DNA of 32,000 bases from Sulfolobaceae archaeon (GCA_026627305.1 JAPNVD010000035.1:1-32000), one strand, 5' to 3'; shown: positions 7,563 to 17,927, counted from the stretch's first letter. Made by a program: numbers and translations. The notes: generated by a model from the sequence alone, not told the origin.

Positions 7563-9224
7563 GTGGAAAGTAAAGGGGAGGAGAAGAACAAAAACGTAAC
7601 CGCTGAGGAAAGTAAAAGCGATTATTACACTAAAGCTAAAGGGGACGTCAAAAGTAGTGTAAGGATTTCCCCTCAAACGGGGGTTGAAAACAAAAGCGCC
7701 ATTTCCCCTCCTACACCGTCTATAAATGTTGAAGCCCCAGTTAACATTAAGGACCAGTTGAGCAGAGCTGTAGTTCAAACCCTCCTATTCCCTGCTTTAC
7801 CTACAGTTAACGTCCTAGACTTAGACACCAATAACTACTTGATAACCACAGTTACTTCGCAGAGGCGTAACATTGCTATAACACCCCTTATCTTCCCGAT
7901 TCCGCTCAATGTAATAGTCTCACAGATCGACTTAGAAGACTACTTAACTACTAGCGTTAGTAGGAAAGCATTGGTGATAAAGCCTCTACAGTTTAAGACC
8001 CCACCTAATGTTATAGTCAACTCCCTAGACGTTACGGTTAGGGAAGAATTCGCTTTGAAGTTAACGCCTCCTAACATAAAGGAGACAACGATGGACACTA
8101 AAACTGGTGTAAGCGAAACATCAGCAGCTCAAACAATTAGTTATACCTCTACTCCTCAGCCTGAGAAGAGCATTTCTATCAAGAGCACCACTTATGAAGA
8201 CTTTCTTAACCCGTTTTCCAGTCTGTTAAAAGCCTCTGGGGTAAACATTGTAGTATATGACGAAATGAAGCCAGGGATAGAGGACTCGCTAGTAAAAATT
8301 GGTGTAGAGTTTGCCCTCATCAACGGCTATGAGGTAACACCGCAGGAGATATCTACGAAAAACCTGAACAGCATACAGCTAATAGGGAGTGCAGGAGTAT
8401 TCAAGGTGGACAAATCGCTATGTGAGGAGAAGGAACCCACTTTGTACGATCAAGTGGAGAGCTTACTGACCAAGATCATGGGATACCAATTCTCTATATT
8501 AATAGTCCCTTCATGCTTTTACACTAAATACATGCTAAACATAGGTGGGAAACCGCATAGGATATTTGCCGATGAGGATGTATTAAAGAGGTTTTCAAGC
8601 ACTATCAATCCAAAAATACTCCATACTTATAAGGCTAATAAAGAAGCGATACAGAGGTTAGCCTTTGGCGCTTCAGGGCTCCAGGTGGATGTTTCGTCAT
8701 ACGATGCCCTAGCCCATCATAACCTGCAATTTATGAAGATATTAGACGATTCGTTTAAATGGCTCAGGTTGCGTTACCCTGATTTGAATAAGCCTTCAAC
8801 GGGAGAAGAGACTGAGTACCACCTAAAGATGAAGGCAGTGGTTATAAAGCATTTAATAGAGAACCTAAAGGTGGAGCCCAAGTCCATAAAAGTAGAAGAG
8901 GTGCTACCTCCCTGTGGAATACCAGATATTCACTTTTCCTACCAAGGTAAGCTGATTGCAGTGGACGTTAAGACGAGCATTGGTAAAATCCCCAGCAGTG
9001 AGGTAGACGAGGCTTATAATAAGTACCAAGGGTGTTCAGACGAGGTTTGGGTAGTGCTGAGACCTTTACCAGCTCTGCTAGACCTTGTGGACATTATAGG
9101 GCGTTATAAAGGGTATAATAGTAAGCTAAAAGTACTCTTACCCGTAATGGGTTATGGCAGTAAGGTGTCGTTACTGCCCCTAGAAGATTTTATACAAAAG
9201 ATGGAAAGCCTGCAGACTTGTTAA
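7563..9224 (+). CDS. Hypothetical 553 aa protein: low-complexity N-terminus, three ~33 aa tandem repeats, C-terminal PD-(D/E)xK (Hjc/restriction-endonuclease-like) nuclease motif
   Basis: GTG start lies 8 nt after GAGGTG. The repeats share xFPxxPxNV(I/L)VxxxD...YLxTxV (aa 74-172). The C-terminus reads GEETEYHLKMKAVVIKHLIENL...GIPDIHFSYQGKLIAVDVKTS, which fits E...PD...(D/E)xK. Confidence 0.7.
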   Translation: MESKGEEKNKNVTAEESKSDYYTKAKGDVKSSVRISPQTGVENKSAISPPTPSINVEAPVNIKDQLSRAVVQTLLFPALPTVNVLDLDTNNYLITTVTSQRRNIAITPLIFPIPLNVIVSQIDLEDYLTTSVSRKALVIKPLQFKTPPNVIVNSLDVTVREEFALKLTPPNIKETTMDTKTGVSETSAAQTISYTSTPQPEKSISIKSTTYEDFLNPFSSLLKASGVNIVVYDEMKPGIEDSLVKIGVEFALINGYEVTPQEISTKNLNSIQLIGSAGVFKVDKSLCEEKEPTLYDQVESLLTKIMGYQFSILIVPSCFYTKYMLNIGGKPHRIFADEDVLKRFSSTINPKILHTYKANKEAIQRLAFGASGLQVDVSSYDALAHHNLQFMKILDDSFKWLRLRYPDLNKPSTGEETEYHLKMKAVVIKHLIENLKVEPKSIKVEEVLPPCGIPDIHFSYQGKLIAVDVKTSIGKIPSSEVDEAYNKYQGCSDEVWVVLRPLPALLDLVDIIGRYKGYNSKLKVLLPVMGYGSKVSLLPLEDFIQKMESLQTC

Positions 9225-10086
9225 ATGTTTACTTTTTCACTGCCTTGTGTACTTAACCTCGTCCTCTATTATCTTTAACAACATTTCACAAAGGAACAAC
9301 AAGCCTCATCCTTAAGGAGATTAGCCCTAGGGCTAATTTAATTGTCCCTTAGATTTCAAACCTACAATTAGTCGTCCTTCATCACAACTCTGCTTCTTGT
9401 CAATCTCGTTGATATGAGCTCATACATGAAAGGTATAGACTAGGATAATGACGATAAAACGGCTTAAAATTGAACTAGCTTATAGAATTTAAGAAACTTC
9501 ATATGCACATTTGAGCTTGGTTATTGTGAAAATTTAAGTTCCTAAAAAGTCTAATAGGATCGAAGATGAAGATCTTCTGTCCTATAGCTGTTGGCTGTCA
9601 ATAAGTATTTATCATCTCTCAAACAAAAAAGGGAGATTAACCATGTTATACTAAAAATAGCACTGGTTCGTTTACCTTTTATCGTACGGTAAAGATTCTT
9701 ATGAAATAGACCCAAATCCCTTTTCCGTAAACATTCCTATACTGCTTACTTTATCCTCAATCTCGGCTGGGGGCATTAGTGCTAAGTACATAGGTTCCCT
9801 TTTGTTAACGCTAAATCCAGTCGATAATAGCCTAAAAGGTGAGCTTAAGCTTTTCCTCATTTAGGTTTTTAACTTTCACGCATTGGTCTTTAAGACATAC
9901 CCTATCGACATCATAGCTATCGATTATCGCAGGCGAGTACAGTATCCTCTTCCTGTTTTATACAATGAGTCTCTTTATTTCTTCTCCCCTAGCACCATCA
10001 TCTTCATTAGTCTTTCCTCACCTCCTAATGGACCTACGAACTTGTCTATTATCTTACTAAGATCCTTGTCGTAGTCAGCCTTTACA

Positions 10087-10121
10087 AAGTGAGGAAAGCC
10101 TCGCAGGGCAGGGATGAAGGT
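10087..10121 (+). repeat. Orphan IS right-end-like repeat abutting the left end of copy B
   Basis: aagtgaggaaagcctcgcagggcagggatgaaggt is the inverted counterpart of 6221-6257 and is related to 14778-14817. Confidence 0.6.
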
Positions 10122-11372
<1,251 letters not shown>

Positions 11373-12516
11373 CCAAGAGCACAGTAACGATATCTATTAT
11401 CTCTAGGTCTCTCTTGGTATAATATGCTGACTGTGCGTAAACTGGCAAGTGACCAGTTACCGTACCATTAATCTCCTGAATGAACTGCTCCACACTGGTT
11501 AAGCTCTCGTTCTTTGGAACCTCTATTAAGAATAGCCATTCATTTCCCCTGTGGAAGTTTGATAAAGATATTGGAGGTGGTGGGAACTTACTCTCTATCA
11601 CCTTTAGGGCATAAGCTTTAGGAGAGATAAGTGCCTCATTTGGTACTTCTTTGCCAGTGAGTAAGTACACTAGATAAGAGTAGTTGTCGAAGTGTAGGAT
11701 AGTGTTATAGACTAAACTAGCATTGCTGTAGTTATTGAAGGAGAAGAGGAGGACGAATGGGTCCTTAAAGACGTAAAGGCTAGCCTCCCTGCTAGCGTTT
11801 AGAGGAGAATCGTTAGATAGCTTCTCGTAGACCAACATAAACTCTATCGCCTTAGGTGAAGTGGAGAAGAACTTATGCGTTGGTAAGCCATAAGTAACGT
11901 TTAGCTGGAACTGGAACTCGGTGAAGTTGTTCAAGATCACCTCCCTTACCTTGGTTAAATTAATGTACAATCCATGTAAAGGCTCTAGAATGGAGGTCAA
12001 GTTTTCCAGTTCAGGGGAGACCTGCTTTAGGTAAGTTGAGTTTACCTCTTTTAAGTATTCGAAAGGGGTTATTATGAAGTAGTCTTTTAGATACTTCGAA
12101 GCTATTGTCCTAACTTCATTATAGGTTTCGTTGAGGCTCCCGTTGAGTATTGCATAAATTGTGGAGTTAGTACTCACGTTGAAATATTTAGTGACTACGT
12201 TATCGACAACCACGCTCTGATACTGGCTAGTAAGGAAGGGTGAATCGCTGTAGACAAAGAGGTGTTGAACGTTTAATGCTAATGGGGCTAAGAGCACAAC
12301 AATGAGGATCTAAGGAATAATAGCTATTGTCGCTGTCCTCATAAGAAAAGAATAACTAGCCTATCGGTAAAAACTATTGCTAGGGCTCTTAGCTTGTAAT
12401 AATAGTATACTCTTCACACAGCCTTTTTAGTTTACCATAGCGTTAGCTTTAGGGTTACTCTTTTGTTGCCCATATTACTAAACGTAAAAAATCTGGCTCT
12501 AGATACGTTTTTTCAA

Positions 12517-13671
12517 TCAGCTCGCTAAAAGCTCCTGAACAGCCCTGACTCCCTCACCGAGCTTTATTGGCTCACCTAACCTCTTCAGCACTCTTTCGAG
12601 GACGGCTATAGCTGAGATAACATCATTCATATTAACCCAACCCATGTGCCCTATCCTGAAGTACTTACCAGCTAGGTCAGGGTGTACTCCAGGGGCGAAC
12701 TCTATGCCCTCGGATATGGAGAGGGATAACACTTCAGCTGGGTTAGCCCTCTTTAACATTACACCAGTTACTGTATTACTGTAAGCCTCTGGGGTCTTTG
12801 CCACTATTTCTAGTCCCATAGCCTCTATCCCCCTTCTTATAGCAGAGGCTACTAACTCATGTCTCTTGATCCTGTTTTCTAATCCCTCAGCTTCTATCAT
12901 CTCGAAAGCCCTCTTTATCATGAATATAAGGTGTACAGGAGGGGTGGAAAAGTAAGATGCTTTACCGCTTTCCATAGCCTGCATCACCCCTATCCAATTC
13001 TTCAAATTGAGATAGTATCCTGCAACGCTATCATCTGATAGCATTTTCAAGGCTTTTTGGGAGAGGACTAGCAAACCTGCACCAGGTGGAGCTCCTATTG
13101 CCTTTTGACTCGCAGTGAGGTAAACGTCAACCTTCCAATCCTTAGCCTTCACTTCTTCCGCACCTACGCTAGAAACTCCGTCAACCACTATTAAGTCTAC
13201 GTAATCCCTTACCCTATCGATAACCTCCTTCACCGGTTCCCTAACCCCTGTGCTTGTCTCCACGTGGGTTAAGGTAAGCATAGTGTAAATACCCTTCTTT
13301 ACCTCTTCTTCAACCTCCTCAGGCTTTACATAATAGCCAGCCTTTGCCCTTATCGCTTTGACCTCTAGGGGGTATCTAGAAAAGATGTCTAACCAACGGT
13401 TACCGAATACCCCATTTGTCACCACAAGCACCTTATCACCTCTCTTCAAGAGGGAGGTCACGCTTTCCATGGCAGAGGTTCCTCCTCCAGGAATGATAAA
13501 AGGTTGATAGCTCTCATCAGCTCCCATGAGCTTCCTTAAAAACTTCAGTGAATAAGACATGGCATCAACGAACTCCTTTGAAGTAAAGCCCACATCTCCC
13601 TTAACTCCTGCCAATAGGACATCGTAATCCAAAGTCTCAGGACCCACATGCATCAGAATCTTTCTGGTCAT
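12517..13671 (-). CDS. Class-V pyridoxal-phosphate aminotransferase (serine/alanine-glyoxylate aminotransferase family)
   Basis: The protein shows a LMHVGPE start region, [16 protein letters not shown] and the PLP-lysine context [15 protein letters not shown] prefer ATG 13671 ([11 protein letters not shown]) over the track start 13737. Confidence 0.8.
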   Translation of the reverse strand: MTRKILMHVGPETLDYDVLLAGVKGDVGFTSKEFVDAMSYSLKFLRKLMGADESYQPFIIPGGGTSAMESVTSLLKRGDKVLVVTNGVFGNRWLDIFSRYPLEVKAIRAKAGYYVKPEEVEEEVKKGIYTMLTLTHVETSTGVREPVKEVIDRVRDYVDLIVVDGVSSVGAEEVKAKDWKVDVYLTASQKAIGAPPGAGLLVLSQKALKMLSDDSVAGYYLNLKNWIGVMQAMESGKASYFSTPPVHLIFMIKRAFEMIEAEGLENRIKRHELVASAIRRGIEAMGLEIVAKTPEAYSNTVTGVMLKRANPAEVLSLSISEGIEFAPGVHPDLAGKYFRIGHMGWVNMNDVISAIAVLERVLKRLGEPIKLGEGVRAVQELLAS

Positions 13672-14025
13672 AAGCTCTAGTATAGTAATAAGGATAATTA
13701 AAAAGTTGTTGTTAACTGCATATACATAGCTGTTCAATTATAGTCTCCTAAATCACGGATCTTACTGCTGTTAAGTTGAGGAGGATTCATTGCTTAGAGA
13801 TCTAGTGCTTGGTTCATTGTCTATCTGAATAGAAAGGCTTAAATATAATATAATATTTTTCTGGAAATATTTTCGCGAAAATATTATCATAGAAATATTG
13901 AGAATACAGGAAACTATTAAAAATATGAACTCATGATTGATATACGGAAGGAGAAAAGTAGGTAAATTCTTTCTGATTAAAAAGTACATAAAAGCAACAT
14001 ACTGTAGTTTTATTTATTCTTTTGC

Positions 14026-14079
14026 GTAGAGTTTATTAGTCCCGAACTGATGGGGTAACCCCTAAGGGGAGGAAGTCAG
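14026..14079 (+). repeat. Orphan tnpB-3'/right-end remnant ending GGAAGTCAG
   Basis: gtcccgaactgatggggtaacccctaaggggaggaagtcag is collinear with the last ~50 nt of copies A and B. Confidence 0.65.
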
Positions 14080-14111
14080 AAGCAATAGTGTGAAAACACT
14101 ATGGGGATACA

Positions 14112-14507
14112 CTAACCCTTCCAGTTACAGACCTTCAACCCACTTATCTTGGAGAAGTGTCTAACGTTGCCTGTCACGACCTCACATCCGTTAGATAGAG
14201 CTATGCTACCTATTATTAAGTCCCTCATTTCAATCGGTTTTCCCTTGCTCTCCAACTCAGATAGCAACTTCCCTGCGAGTATAGCTGAGTCAAGATCAAG
14301 TCCCAAAACCTTCAATGTCTTAAAGAACTCAACTGTCCTATCTACGTTCTTCCCGTACTTGTAAGCCCCATAAACTACCTCAAACACATTTAAGACAGTT
14401 GTGCAGAGCTCTCCCTCCTCTACAGCCCTCTCCATATACCTCACAGCTTCAACTTTGCCCCTCAAAAAGTCTATTATAATGTCACTGTCTAGGCATTTAC
14501 AGCCCAC
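14112..14507 (-). CDS. vapC: PIN-domain toxin VapC
   Basis: The acidic PIN residues are in the expected order (LDSDIIIDF, FEVVYG, MRDLIIG, TGNVRHF). At 131 aa it overlaps the upstream antitoxin gene by 19 nt. Confidence 0.8.
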   Translation of the reverse strand: MGCKCLDSDIIIDFLRGKVEAVRYMERAVEEGELCTTVLNVFEVVYGAYKYGKNVDRTVEFFKTLKVLGLDLDSAILAGKLLSELESKGKPIEMRDLIIGSIALSNGCEVVTGNVRHFSKISGLKVCNWKG

Positions 14508-14713
14508 TTAGACCACTTTTCCCTGAGTTCTTCAAACAAAGCCTGTACCTGTTTATCGCTTAGATCTCCCCATATCCCAGCATAATTAATGGGGCTCTTA
14601 CTCTTACGCTCATTTATCAATCTCAATATCACGTCAGAGAAGCTCTCTCCTTCCCTTTTCTCTCTCAATAGGCTCTCATATGCCTTATCTGATATTGTTA
14701 TCGTCTTAGCCAT
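14489..14713 (-). CDS. vapB: VapB-type antitoxin (archaeal CopG-like, KTITISDxAYxxL...ESFSDVIxRL family)
   Basis: MAKTITISDKAYESLLREKREGESFSDVILRL matches the conserved N-terminus of archaeal PIN-associated antitoxins. It is 74 aa and lies immediately upstream of vapC. Confidence 0.75.
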   Translation of the reverse strand: MAKTITISDKAYESLLREKREGESFSDVILRLINERKSKSPINYAGIWGDLSDKQVQALFEELREKWSKWAVNA

Positions 14714-14762
14714 GTTTAAACTTATGTTTAAACAGATATAAGAAGATTTCGGATGTTTAACT
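14712..14762. promoter_or_regulatory. Three copies of ATGTTTAA(A)C (palindromic core GTTTAAAC) over the vapB start and promoter: candidate operator
   Basis: The copies lie at 14712-14721, 14724-14733 and 14753-14761 (one A shorter). On the minus strand a TATA-like cttatat sits between them. Confidence 0.45.
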
Positions 14763-14777
14763 CCCTGAGCTTACTAA

Positions 14778-14817
14778 GTGAGGAAAGCCTCGCCATTTAT
14801 GGCGGGAAGGAAGTCAG
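14778..14817 (+). repeat. Orphan IS right-end hairpin repeat GTGAGGAAAGCCTCGCCATTTATGGCGGGAAGGAAGTCAG
   Basis: It contains a CGCCA-TTTA-TGGCG hairpin and the GGAAGTCAG terminus, and no adjacent tnpB body. Confidence 0.7.
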
Positions 14818-14962
14818 CTCTTGATGAAGAGTTAAAGGAGTTTATTAGAGGTGTTAAGCAATTATCGAAGTACTAGACTATAACATTGTTGAGACTAAGG
14901 TCGGAGTTTATAAAATTGTCATAAGAGATGAGGAAATATTACTAAAAGTAATTCCAGTCCTA

Positions 14963-15250
14963 TTGAAAGTATATAAGGATGATGAAAAATTAGCGTTAGT
15001 AATAAACAACGTTATTTCAGTATCTACGAATAAGCCTTCAAACGGTCCATTATGCTCTCCCTCGATGTTATCGTCACCTTCTGCACAAATTCAAAAAATG
15101 CAAATAATCTCTCAGCCAAGTTTAACTGTTGAAGTGGAAGGAAAGAGGAGAGAGGTGAGCATCGTTGTAACTAATATAGCCATATATCCGACCTATAGAG
15201 ATGTTTTTGGCGCTCCATGCGTAAGTGTAAGTACGGTGACTCTCTATTAA
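14963..15250 (+). CDS. Hypothetical protein (ORF open from 14858; only a TTG start at 14963)
   Basis: This is an ORF-track entry with no recognisable motif and no canonical ATG, so its coding status is uncertain. Confidence 0.25.
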   Translation: MKVYKDDEKLALVINNVISVSTNKPSNGPLCSPSMLSSPSAQIQKMQIISQPSLTVEVEGKRREVSIVVTNIAIYPTYRDVFGAPCVSVSTVTLY

Positions 15251-15563
15251 CTACTGTATTTTCACACGTCACGCTAATGAGAGACTTAAGGAAAGGGAAG
15301 AAGTATTATCGAAAAAATTTGGTATAGAAATCATATCTCTTATAAGGAGGATATTAGACGATTTCTGCAGCTCATCACAACTAATAAATGCAAAGAAACT
15401 AAGTGTAAAAAACGATGAGGTACAGTATCCTTATTGTGAAAAAATTACTGATGAGTTATATATGGTTATAATCTTTAAGTTAGACGGAAACTTTAAGAAG
15501 GTAATTACAATGTTCCCGACATCAAAAAAGGCTACATTGACGGATTTCTGTGGTTTTAGTTAA
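15240..15563 (+). pseudogene. DUF4258-like (toxin-like) ORF lacking a start codon
   Basis: The frame opening at 15240 reads LSINYCIFTRHANERLKEREEV...ELYMVIIFKLDGNFKKVITMFPTSKK. The HAxxRxxxR motif near the N-terminus and a vvv...g..viTv(y/f) C-terminus are typical of DUF4258. There is no ATG/GTG/TTG upstream of the motif, and it is absent from the ORF track. Confidence 0.4.
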
Positions 15564-15804
15564 TCTTTTGCAGTAGAGTTCATTTTTAGTTAGTTAGAAA
15601 GTGATTCATTTCATTCATGCCAGCTATAACAAACTTTACTTTTAATCACGATATGAAGTAATACAAGCTCATAAAAACTGAATAATAAGTTTGGTTTGTT
15701 TTCAGAATAAAATATGAATTCTTATGTATGTTCCATAATTTACTATTCGTAATAATTTATTAAGCCCAATTGTATATTTGAAAAATATTAAATCCTTAGT
15801 AGAG

Positions 15805-17059
15805 ATGTCGAGACCTAAAAGACTAGTTAGGATAATTCCAGTACTCTTCTTTTTATACCTCATAAACTTCCTAGATAGGGTAAACATTTCATATGCCATA
15901 GATGCGGGGATGTTCCAGTATTTAGGAGTTCCAGCAAAACAAGTGGGAGTAATAGCATCAATAGCATCATCACTGTTCTTCGTAGGATACTTCATACCGC
16001 AAATATTCTCAAATTTAGGTATAAATAAACAAGTATGGTATAAGGAAGATCTTTGCAGTAGCCTTCACTGCCTGGGGGATAATAACTATCTTAACTGGTT
16101 TCGTAACTAGTGTCCCACAAGTCGAAGTGCTGAGGTTCTTACTAGGTATCGCTGAAGGTCCATTTTATGCAGGTGTCATGTTCTATTTGAGCTTATGGTT
16201 TTTAAAATCTGAAAGGGCTTTTGCTAATAGCCTATTTAACGCAGCCATCCCCATCTCTGGAATAATTGGTGGTCTGATAGCTAACTCAATATTTGCTGTT
16301 TACGGAGATTACCCAGGGTGGAGGTACCTGTTCTGGTATGAGGGAGTTTTAGCACTCGTAGGTGCACTAATAGCCTACCTCTTGTTAACGGACTTTCCAA
16401 AAGATGCTAAATGGTTGACCAAAGAGGAGAAGGAAGCCTTAGACCAAGCTATGAAGGAGGAATCGGTAAGTAAGATGAAAGTTAAGTGGACTCAAGCCTT
16501 AGCGTCTAGAGATGTAATACTACTTGCAATAGTTTACTTTTTAGGCGTTACCAGCCTTTACGGTTACTCCATATGGCTTCCAACAATAATAAGTAATTTA
16601 GCAAAAGTTAACGCTAGTATTGCTAGCTTCTTATCGATAATACCATATGTACTTGCATCCATTGCCCTAGTATTCATTGCGAGATATTCGGATAGACATC
16701 AAAATCACAAATTCATAACCTTCATAGTGTTTTTGATAGCTGGGCTAGGATTAGCGTTAAGCGCGGTTAGTGCAAGCATAGTGGTATTATCTTTCATATT
16801 ATTTGCGATCTCTGCTATTGGCATCTTCAGCTTCCTTTCACCGTTCTGGGCTGTACCTCAGAAGGCATTAGAAAGCGAAGGTGCGGCTGCAGCTATTGGC
16901 TTAATAAACGCTGTAGGAAATTTAGGCGGAATAGCGGGACCGATAATAGTAGGGTTTCTGAAGACGTTTACTGGCTCATTTCTGCCAGAGATTTATGCTA
17001 TGGCATTGTTCGCATTCCTTGCAGGGTTAGTGATGTTATTAGTGAGGGAAAGAGGTTGA
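15805..17059 (+). pseudogene. MFS transporter (ACS-family-like, [10 protein letters not shown] motif) with one frameshift near 16021-16036
   Basis: ORF 15778-16110 ends in out-of-frame sequence after LGINK. The frame holding ORF 16127-17059 is already open upstream and reads [45 protein letters not shown]. The shift lies in the A-rich run ataaataaacaag. Confidence 0.75.
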
Positions 17060-17119
17060 AATTGCATTATTTACAAAGGAATCTTTAACTTCTCACCGTT
17101 AAGATACAGGATAGTTTTT

Positions 17120-17155
17120 CTGACTTATTTCCCGCCAGTGAAACTTTCCTCAACT
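17120..17155 (-). repeat. Orphan IS right-end-like repeat
   Basis: The reverse complement agttgaggaaagtttcactggcgggaaataagtcag matches the 14778-14817 family. Confidence 0.6.
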
Positions 17156-17927
17156 CTGTAATAAATTATATCATCTAGGGTTATGAGAATTCTAGAAAGA
17201 AGGGTCTATCTTCCTGTTTCCTTTAGAGTTCACTTCTTAACGCATTTCTGGTTTAATGCGCTAAAAGGATGAGGCGTCAATTTCGTTAGAGCTAGAGGGT
17301 ATGTTAGTAAGCATTTAACATGAATGAAATAAAGTGGTTTAAGAAAAGAGATCCTAAGATTCCCTAGCACCAAACTATCAAAAGTGAGAAGAACTTTAGG
17401 ATAGTAGTTAAAGAGATAAGCGAAAAACATTACTTCTCTAATTTTATATTTTCAACTTATGGGTAATGAATGAAGGATAATGTTGTCATTATAAGATAAA
17501 CTTTGAAACAGTGTAGACTCTATATACTTCATTGCATTTAACTATCATCTGCCTTTCCCTAAGAGTTTATCCAATCAATTTAGACTGAGCTTTAATTGAG
17601 TATCTCTCACATAAGTTAGGGTCGAGAAACGCCTAATGGAGTGATTATACCTATGGAACATCTTTTTATCAAAATGAGTAGAGATAAGAGACGAGACCAG
17701 TTTGCAGAACACGGAGGTAAAAAACTCATTTTCGGAACCGTTAATTGTTGTGATTTTTATTGTTATAAGTATTATGATGAATTAATTGCATCCTCATAGA
17801 AGAGGTCTTAACATTTTGTTAAAATTTTTTATCTAGCTACTTGAAAGAGAGTTAATATGAATTCTCTAAGTGATTAACATTGGTGTGGTATGAGATCGCG
17901 GAAAGACCAAGTTTAAAGAAGCTCACA

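Noticed and set aside
9699-9860. 53 aa minus-strand ORF (MRKSLSSPFRLL...MYLALMPPAEIEDKV...)
   Set aside because: It is short and unconserved as far as I can tell. It sits in a region full of frame-broken debris and has no promoter or SD evidence.
9883-10074. 63 aa plus-strand ORF
   Set aside because: It is antisense to a minus-strand C-terminal gene stub, and its translation is low-complexity.
13771-13989. 72 aa minus-strand ORF upstream of the aminotransferase
   Set aside because: It lies in an extremely AT-rich intergenic sequence, has an Ile/Leu/Phe-rich translation and overlaps the 20 bp palindrome. It is most likely non-coding.
15702-15995. 97 aa minus-strand ORF
   Set aside because: It overlaps the 5' end and promoter of the MFS transporter gene on the other strand and has no motif.
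17230-17430. 66 aa minus-strand ORF
   Set aside because: It sits in an AT-rich gene-poor region with no motif and no start context.
17653-17799. 48 aa Cys-rich ORF (…NCCDFYCYKYYDEL…)
   Set aside because: It is intriguing but too short to support without conservation or expression data. It could be chance in AT-rich DNA.
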